In this document: one piece after another, positions 58,749 through 64,000 of the stretch
How the letters are laid out: the number at the start of each line of letters is the position of its first letter
How positions within the stretch are numbered: position 1 is the first letter of the stretch
DNA from: Deltaproteobacteria bacterium
Lineage (GTDB): Bacteria; Myxococcota_A; Polyangia; Fen-1088
DNA length: 64,000 bases
Reading direction: 5' to 3'
NCBI GenBank assembly: GCA_033763315.1
Contig: JANRKS010000040.1
Coordinates: 224,001-288,000, forward strand
Notes under the pieces: model-generated
What the model was told of the DNA's origin: nothing
The model's database searches: none
Seen by the model: the letters and a program-made list of their open reading frames with translations, nothing else
Program-made: the position numbers and the translations under genes

Positions 58749-59261
58749 ATGCGCCTCGGTCGCCAGGCGGTTGCTGTTGTGTTCCTTATCGTTGCCTCTT
58801 GCTCGGATGACAGGGACGCGTTGCCCACCGAGGGTGGGGCAATCGACGCACCGGTGGGCATGGATGGGAGCAGGGACGTCGTTCTGGGAGTCGATGCGAA
58901 CAATGACGTGCGTGTCTGCGAGACGCCCAATCCAGCCGAAATGTGTCCGACGACCGCTTCGGCGTGTGTGCCATCAAGTTGCCATTGCTTTAATGGCTTG
59001 TGGGCCTGCACGGGAGATTGTGGTGGCGGGCGCGGCTGCGGCGACGGGGGCCTTGTGGACGCGCCAGGGCCAGACGCTGTGTGCACGACCACCGGCGGCG
59101 CACAGCAAGGCTGCACCGCAATCGCGTGCACGCCTGGAATGGATCAGACGTGCAACGACAACCCTGTGCTCTCGTCGCTGCATGGACGTTGCAATGCGGA
59201 TCGCACGTGCACGTGCACGCCGCCCTTCCCCCTGAATCCAGTCACCGGACGATGTCTGTGA
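58749..59261 (+). CDS. Small Cys-rich lipoprotein
   Basis: MRLGRQAVAVVFLIVASC lipobox, DA-rich linkers, CTPGMDQTCND module. Confidence 0.7.
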   Translation: MRLGRQAVAVVFLIVASCSDDRDALPTEGGAIDAPVGMDGSRDVVLGVDANNDVRVCETPNPAEMCPTTASACVPSSCHCFNGLWACTGDCGGGRGCGDGGLVDAPGPDAVCTTTGGAQQGCTAIACTPGMDQTCNDNPVLSSLHGRCNADRTCTCTPPFPLNPVTGRCL

Positions 59262-59348
59262 GGCTGCCCCCGTTCCCACACGGCTAAAGCAGCCTTCGCT
59301 CAGAAAACATGTGCGGCCCCAAGGCGGCCTCTTTTTCCTGGCCGCCTA

Positions 59349-59882
59349 TCAGCTGCCGGCGGCCTTAGCATCGCTTTTGGGCAGGAGGCTTTTCGGGCGG
59401 ACGATCACCAAAATGCCCATACTTAGAAACATCAACGGCACGACGACCCCTGCCGACAGATGCCATGAAACGCCACGATGGATCACCGATTCGTGAGGCT
59501 GTTGCGGGTTGACGAAGCAAGTTACCTGGGATCCTGAAGGCGCGGCCGCCCGCTGCTGGCACGGCTTTGCGCCGTTTGTGAACACTTCGAAGAAGTCCGT
59601 CCGCTCGCCTATCCACTGCCTCCCTCGAAACTCGTACTGGTACCTTGCCCGCCACCTGTAGGTTCGCCCTTTCCCACCGCGCCCCTCCAAGGATGAACTG
59701 AGAATCGTACACGTGGTGCGGTACCAGCTGCGCGCTCTTGCAACCTCCATCATTGGCTTGATGGCGCCTATCCAAATGCCAAGCACACCCGGTGCCACAA
59801 AAAGCGAACCAACCGCCAGCCTTCGTAGCCAGGACACCTTGGGCGCGTCTCTTTGCGTATTCGGTGTTTGCACTTCGCGCAT
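59349..59882 (-). CDS. DUF3592-like membrane protein
   Basis: TM, then RSW..TTCTILSS...YQYEFRG...VTCFVNPQQPHESV, then TM. Confidence 0.75.
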   Translation of the reverse strand: MREVQTPNTQRDAPKVSWLRRLAVGSLFVAPGVLGIWIGAIKPMMEVARARSWYRTTCTILSSSLEGRGGKGRTYRWRARYQYEFRGRQWIGERTDFFEVFTNGAKPCQQRAAAPSGSQVTCFVNPQQPHESVIHRGVSWHLSAGVVVPLMFLSMGILVIVRPKSLLPKSDAKAAGS

Positions 59883-60137
59883 CCGCCGCGCGACAAGTTA
59901 GCATTGATTAAGCGCGGGTGTGATCCCTTCGCTCGGCTGCGGCCGTGCTTTCACCTTGAGTGATGTCGGAAGCTCATTGCCAAGACGATGAGGATCTCCC
60001 ACGCGCAGCTTCCGGCTGCACATTTGCGAGCAGCGACCGCATTGACAGCGGGGCACCCCTCTTGCTGATGGGCGGCGCCGTTGCAACGGCTCTTCTTGCG
60101 CGGCGCAGGTCCCGCCGCCCCGGCAAATGACCTTCCA

Positions 60138-61463
60138 CTACAGGTCAGGCAAATGCCCGGTGCCGTTTGTGCCGAAGCGGGGCGTTGGCACACCACTGAG
60201 ATCGAGGACGCTCGCAAGTGCGTTGGCGTATTGAACTTCGTGGTAGTTGTATTTGATGTCGCGGCCGGTTTTAAGCCGCCCGCCAGCCTGTCCGGCCAAC
60301 ACAACGGGCACCTCATGTGTTTGGTGCGCCCCGTTTTGATGCTCGCTCGCGCAGATCGCGATGACATTCGAAAGCAGCGTTCCGCCGATCTCTGGCGCCG
60401 CTCGCATCTGACCGACGAGGTAGGCAAACTGCGCCACCTGATCGGCTACAACCTTTTGCGTCTTCATCGCGCCCGCAGGCGTACCGTCGTGGGATAGACC
60501 GTGGTGACCAGGTTCAATGGTGTTGTTGTTTGGACCGCTAAGTTCACCTATGCCAAGCCATGGAAATTGACGATTGTCCCACCGGTTGCTCAGACCAAAG
60601 CTTGCAAAACGCGTGAGGTCGCAACGGAACGCAAGAACGAGGAGCCGCATAAGCGCTTGAGCCCGTTCGTTTGACAGGTCCACACTTTGTTCGGGTGGGG
60701 TGCCCGCACTACAAGCAGCGGCGGGTTTTGCTTCAAGTTCAATCGAACGTTGCACTTCGTCGAGCAGCGCCAGATGGTCATCCACCGTGCGGCGGTCAGC
60801 GGCGCCAACGCGCATCTTGAGGCGATTGGCTTCGGCCATCACGTGACTGACAACATCTTTGCGGTAGTCTCGACCTTCTGTGGGCTTTGTCTTGAACAAC
60901 TTGTCCCACAGCGCTTTGGGGTCGCTATCAGGTGGAACAGGCTTCTGGGCCCCCTTCCAGGACAAATACGCCGTCCACGGGTTTTTGTTGCGCCCCATGG
61001 CGACGGTCAAAGATTGGAAACGCGTTCCGGTGCCGAGCTTTTCCGCTGCGACTTGATCGATTGAAGGGCCCCCGGCCCCGGTCGAGTTCACCCCCACGCC
61101 CGTGAACGCGGATCCATGACCCGCGTCATGATCGCAACTCTTCACGCGCTTTCCGTCGGCGTGCTCGGTCTTCCACAGGTTTCGAACAACGACGATGTCA
61201 CCCTTCACATCGGCCAAGGCCCCACCTGGCCCGAGCATGTTGTCGATGTTTTGCTGCTCGTCACCGCGGGCCCCAGACATATAGGCACCCCATCCGTTGG
61301 GGAAGAAGTACGTAACCATACGCACTGGCGGCGCCGCGAACGCGTCCCGCGAGAACCAGCGGCCACGGCCGTCAACCATTGCCTCAAGCGTTGGCAGAGC
61401 CACGGCAATGCCCGCCCCGCGCAAAAGTGTACGTCGATCAATCGGCTTTGTGAGGGTGCTCAT
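60138..61463 (-). CDS. DUF1552 Tat-exported protein (copy 5)
   Basis: IDRRTLLRGAG, SIDQ, AFRCDLTR, HHGLSH, SEHQNGAH. Confidence 0.9.
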   Translation of the reverse strand: MSTLTKPIDRRTLLRGAGIAVALPTLEAMVDGRGRWFSRDAFAAPPVRMVTYFFPNGWGAYMSGARGDEQQNIDNMLGPGGALADVKGDIVVVRNLWKTEHADGKRVKSCDHDAGHGSAFTGVGVNSTGAGGPSIDQVAAEKLGTGTRFQSLTVAMGRNKNPWTAYLSWKGAQKPVPPDSDPKALWDKLFKTKPTEGRDYRKDVVSHVMAEANRLKMRVGAADRRTVDDHLALLDEVQRSIELEAKPAAACSAGTPPEQSVDLSNERAQALMRLLVLAFRCDLTRFASFGLSNRWDNRQFPWLGIGELSGPNNNTIEPGHHGLSHDGTPAGAMKTQKVVADQVAQFAYLVGQMRAAPEIGGTLLSNVIAICASEHQNGAHQTHEVPVVLAGQAGGRLKTGRDIKYNYHEVQYANALASVLDLSGVPTPRFGTNGTGHLPDL

Positions 61464-63142
61464 GGTGACTCTCCGATCTCACGCAGTGTTGTGCTGCCAG
61501 CGAACTCAACCAACGTCGCTGCCAAGTCGCCCCGGTGTGCATCAAGAGACTTCTGCAAAGCCTCAAGCGCGCAAGCGTCCGCTTCAACTTCGTGCCTTCC
61601 AAACCCATACCGGAACACGTGCTTGATCAAACAGGCCCGCGCCTCGGGCATGGTTGCAAGCTTACGACCCAACTCGACGCCGCCCGTAAACTCGGGAGAT
61701 GAGGCGCCTTCAAGATGCCCCTTTGCACTCAAAGGCGTACCGAGTTCGTCCTTCTCTCTGTACCCCCCTACGAGGTCGTAGCGTTCAAGCCCAAAACCTG
61801 TGGCATCAAGCCGTCGATGGCACTCCACACATCCGGCTTTGCCGTGCTCTTCCAAGATCTGACGCACGGTTTTCCCTGCTCGATCCTCGGGTGCGGGAGG
61901 AACACCCACGGGAGGGGGCGGCAGTGGGTCGCAAAGAAGCACGTCACGAACAAACGCACCACGCGCGATCGGCGCCGTGATTTCTGTGTGTCCCGTCATG
62001 GTGAGCACACTGCCATGGGTCAAGATTCCGCCGCGGTTGTCGCGATCTTGCAAGTCAACGCGCTCCCAACCAGCGCGGGGCGCGGGCAGCCCATAGTGCT
62101 TCGCAAGCACCGCATTGACGAACGTGAAAGGCGCATCGAAAAGGCGCGTAAAGGCGGGGCTGTTTCCAAATATGAGTTCCTCAAGCACGCGACGAGTCTC
62201 CTCGGCCATGGCCTCGCGCAAGCCTTGGCCCCATAGCGGGTACGTCGTTGCATCACGCGTTTCGGTCTCAAGGTCCGCCAGGCGCATCATCTGCCCCGTG
62301 AACCGCGCCATGCCCTCGCGCGCCCGCGGATCAGCCAACATTGCGCGGGCGACGGTCTTGGCCCCTTCTGCATCTTCGAGCCGTCCCCGCTCCGCCTCGG
62401 CCAGCAGGTCGACCGATGGGGTCGTTCCCCAAAGCAGATACGACAATCTGGTGGCAAGCTCATATCCAGTTAGCTGACGCTTGCCGTCCTTCGTTGCCGT
62501 TCCAATTTCAACGCGATAGAGAAACCAGGGCGACTGAAGGAAGGTTGAGATTACGAGACGGAAGGCGGCCAGCGGGTCCGGATCGTTCTCTGCCAAACCT
62601 GCAAGGGTGCTGTAGGCCGCTTTTTCAGCGTCATCAAGCGGCCTGCGAAACGCTCGTCGACCAAAGCCGGCGATGGTGGCTTCAAGGCAGCCCCGTCGCG
62701 CAGCGCCGGTGACTTCGCAGCCGAGTAGAGCTGGCTTGGTGGCTCCCGCTGGCAGGGCACGTTCAGCAATCTCCGAGCTCACCTTGGCATAGAAAGAAAG
62801 GTGAGAGGTGGACAGGGCCAAGGTGGCCCGGTTGTTGTCGAAGCCATCAAGACGGCTGTCGCGAGGCGCGTCTGCCGTTAACGCGGGCTCGATCCCCGTT
62901 AAGTCGCGGACGGTCCGCACGTACTCCACTTGCGATAGCCGCCGCAGATACGCCGGCCCCGGCGCAATCGTGCACTGGCTGGGATCGGGCTGCGACGGCG
63001 ATCCATCTGCGCCCCCTCGGCCACCGCTCGACGCCCCCCCTGCACCGCCGTCGCCGCCTGCGCTTACCCCGCCGGAGACGCTCCCGGTGCAGGCCGCGAC
63101 GGCCACCAGCAACCCAACATGAAATTTTCCTGGTGTGAGCAT
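61460..63142 (-). CDS. DUF1592-family CxxCH lipoprotein (copy 5)
   Basis: GGAGG RBS, lipobox VAAC, RRLSQVEYVRTVRDL, RAFRRPL, CVECH. Confidence 0.9.
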   Translation of the reverse strand: MLTPGKFHVGLLVAVAACTGSVSGGVSAGGDGGAGGASSGGRGGADGSPSQPDPSQCTIAPGPAYLRRLSQVEYVRTVRDLTGIEPALTADAPRDSRLDGFDNNRATLALSTSHLSFYAKVSSEIAERALPAGATKPALLGCEVTGAARRGCLEATIAGFGRRAFRRPLDDAEKAAYSTLAGLAENDPDPLAAFRLVISTFLQSPWFLYRVEIGTATKDGKRQLTGYELATRLSYLLWGTTPSVDLLAEAERGRLEDAEGAKTVARAMLADPRAREGMARFTGQMMRLADLETETRDATTYPLWGQGLREAMAEETRRVLEELIFGNSPAFTRLFDAPFTFVNAVLAKHYGLPAPRAGWERVDLQDRDNRGGILTHGSVLTMTGHTEITAPIARGAFVRDVLLCDPLPPPPVGVPPAPEDRAGKTVRQILEEHGKAGCVECHRRLDATGFGLERYDLVGGYREKDELGTPLSAKGHLEGASSPEFTGGVELGRKLATMPEARACLIKHVFRYGFGRHEVEADACALEALQKSLDAHRGDLAATLVEFAGSTTLREIGESP

Positions 63143-63348
63143 CGTATCCTCCTGGCACCGGGCGCAATGCCGGACTCATGAGGAAGTTAGGTGGAGGCAA
63201 CCGGGTCTTCGGTTGAAAAAATCGACGTGGCAAGGCCTGCCACGGCCTGTCGCTGCGGCACGCGGGGTTGAAACCTGCCAGTTCCAGTACCACTTTGGCG
63301 TCAATCACGGGGCGAATTCGCCGGGCGCCAGGTGGCCTTTGCAGATCG

Positions 63349-64000
63349 CTAAAGCGCCCGCAGCGAAATCGCCGTGTGATAGCGGTGTGACTGCCCAGCG
63401 GCGAGGGTGAGCGTCCCCGAACGGTTGAGGGCGTTTGGCAGGTCGGTCCAGGGTTCAAGACAGATGTAGGGCGCTGAAGCCGAAGCGTTCCACGCCACCC
63501 AAACGGGGAAGGGTTGCAAGCTGCCCTCTACCGACACACGCGTCGCCGTTTGAGCGGCCTCGTCGCGCACCTCCAGAGACACAGCTCCCGTATCTTTGAG
63601 GACGATGGACGAAGGCAAGTCTGCATCGCTCGCGCTGATCGTACGGGCGGCAAAGGGTTCGCTTTCGAACGTGCGCCACCCATCTGCTGAACGCACGCGT
63701 GTGCCGGCGGGCAGATCGATCAAACAAGCGGCAGAAACGGCTGGGATCCTCAAGTAGGGGTGAAAGCCAAATGCGTAAGGAAACGGCTTGTCCCCCGAAT
63801 TTCGCACCACGCTTTCGATGTGCAACGTGGTGCCTTCCACGCGGTACGTGAGGCGCACTTCGAAGTCAAAAGGGAAGCCCAGCTTGAAACCGGGGTGCGG
63901 CACCACCGATGCCGTCAACGAAGATTCGGTTTGCTCCTGAATTTGCCAGTACACATTGCGTGCCCAACCGTGCGGCGGCATCGGCAACGGACGCCCCTCG
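63349..64000 (-). CDS. Aldose 1-epimerase (GalM-like) family protein, 5'-truncated by window
   Basis: HGWAR, GFHPY, YICLEPW. Frame is open to the window edge. Confidence 0.85.
   Translation of the reverse strand, partial: EGRPLPMPPHGWARNVYWQIQEQTESSLTASVVPHPGFKLGFPFDFEVRLTYRVEGTTLHIESVVRNSGDKPFPYAFGFHPYLRIPAVSAACLIDLPAGTRVRSADGWRTFESEPFAARTISASDADLPSSIVLKDTGAVSLEVRDEAAQTATRVSVEGSLQPFPVWVAWNASASAPYICLEPWTDLPNALNRSGTLTLAAGQSHRYHTAISLRAL

Noticed and set aside
58420-59235. 271-aa ORF as a complete gene
   Set aside because: Only the first ~100 aa resemble GH78. The rest is off-frame read-through over the lipoprotein at 58749.
63198-63244. Inverted repeats upstream of module copy 5
   Set aside because: The A/T tract is on the wrong side for a minus-strand terminator, and the repeats match no other motif in the window.

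Overview
GC-rich window, most likely from a Myxococcota (Polyangia-like) bacterium, judged by its DAG-linker lipoproteins, MYXO-CTERM-like tail, Cys-rich surface repeats and DUF1592/DUF1552 pairs. It has three parts. (1) 1.7-25.2 kb is a glycan/glycosylation island. It encodes multidomain TPR/GT/methyltransferase fusions, an antibiotic-type 2-deoxy/3-amino sugar cassette, a PhyH-like dioxygenase, and a pseudaminic-acid pathway (pseB/C/G/I) that lacks pseH but has two formyltransferase domains and a deacetylase. Two divergent sigma54 promoter pairs drive it and share a CGTCA-N6-TGACG enhancer-like palindrome. (2) 25-36 kb holds KirBac, a large Cys-rich lipoprotein, eno, a ClpX paralog without its zinc-binding domain, kup and a TfoX-like gene. 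(3) Five paralogous two-gene modules are spread across the window, each a CxxCH lipoprotein (DUF1592 family) plus a Tat-exported His-rich DUF1552 protein. Several sit next to different signalling cassettes. One shares a GTGATCCG-N13-GGGCAT promoter with the neighbouring ECF sigma gene. Also present: a signal-peptide-bearing ArgH-like lyase whose stop codon appears lost to an 8-bp duplication, vapBC, and a GH78 remnant. I recognised no rRNA, tRNA, CRISPR array or IS element. All family calls come from reading motifs by eye; no database searches were run.
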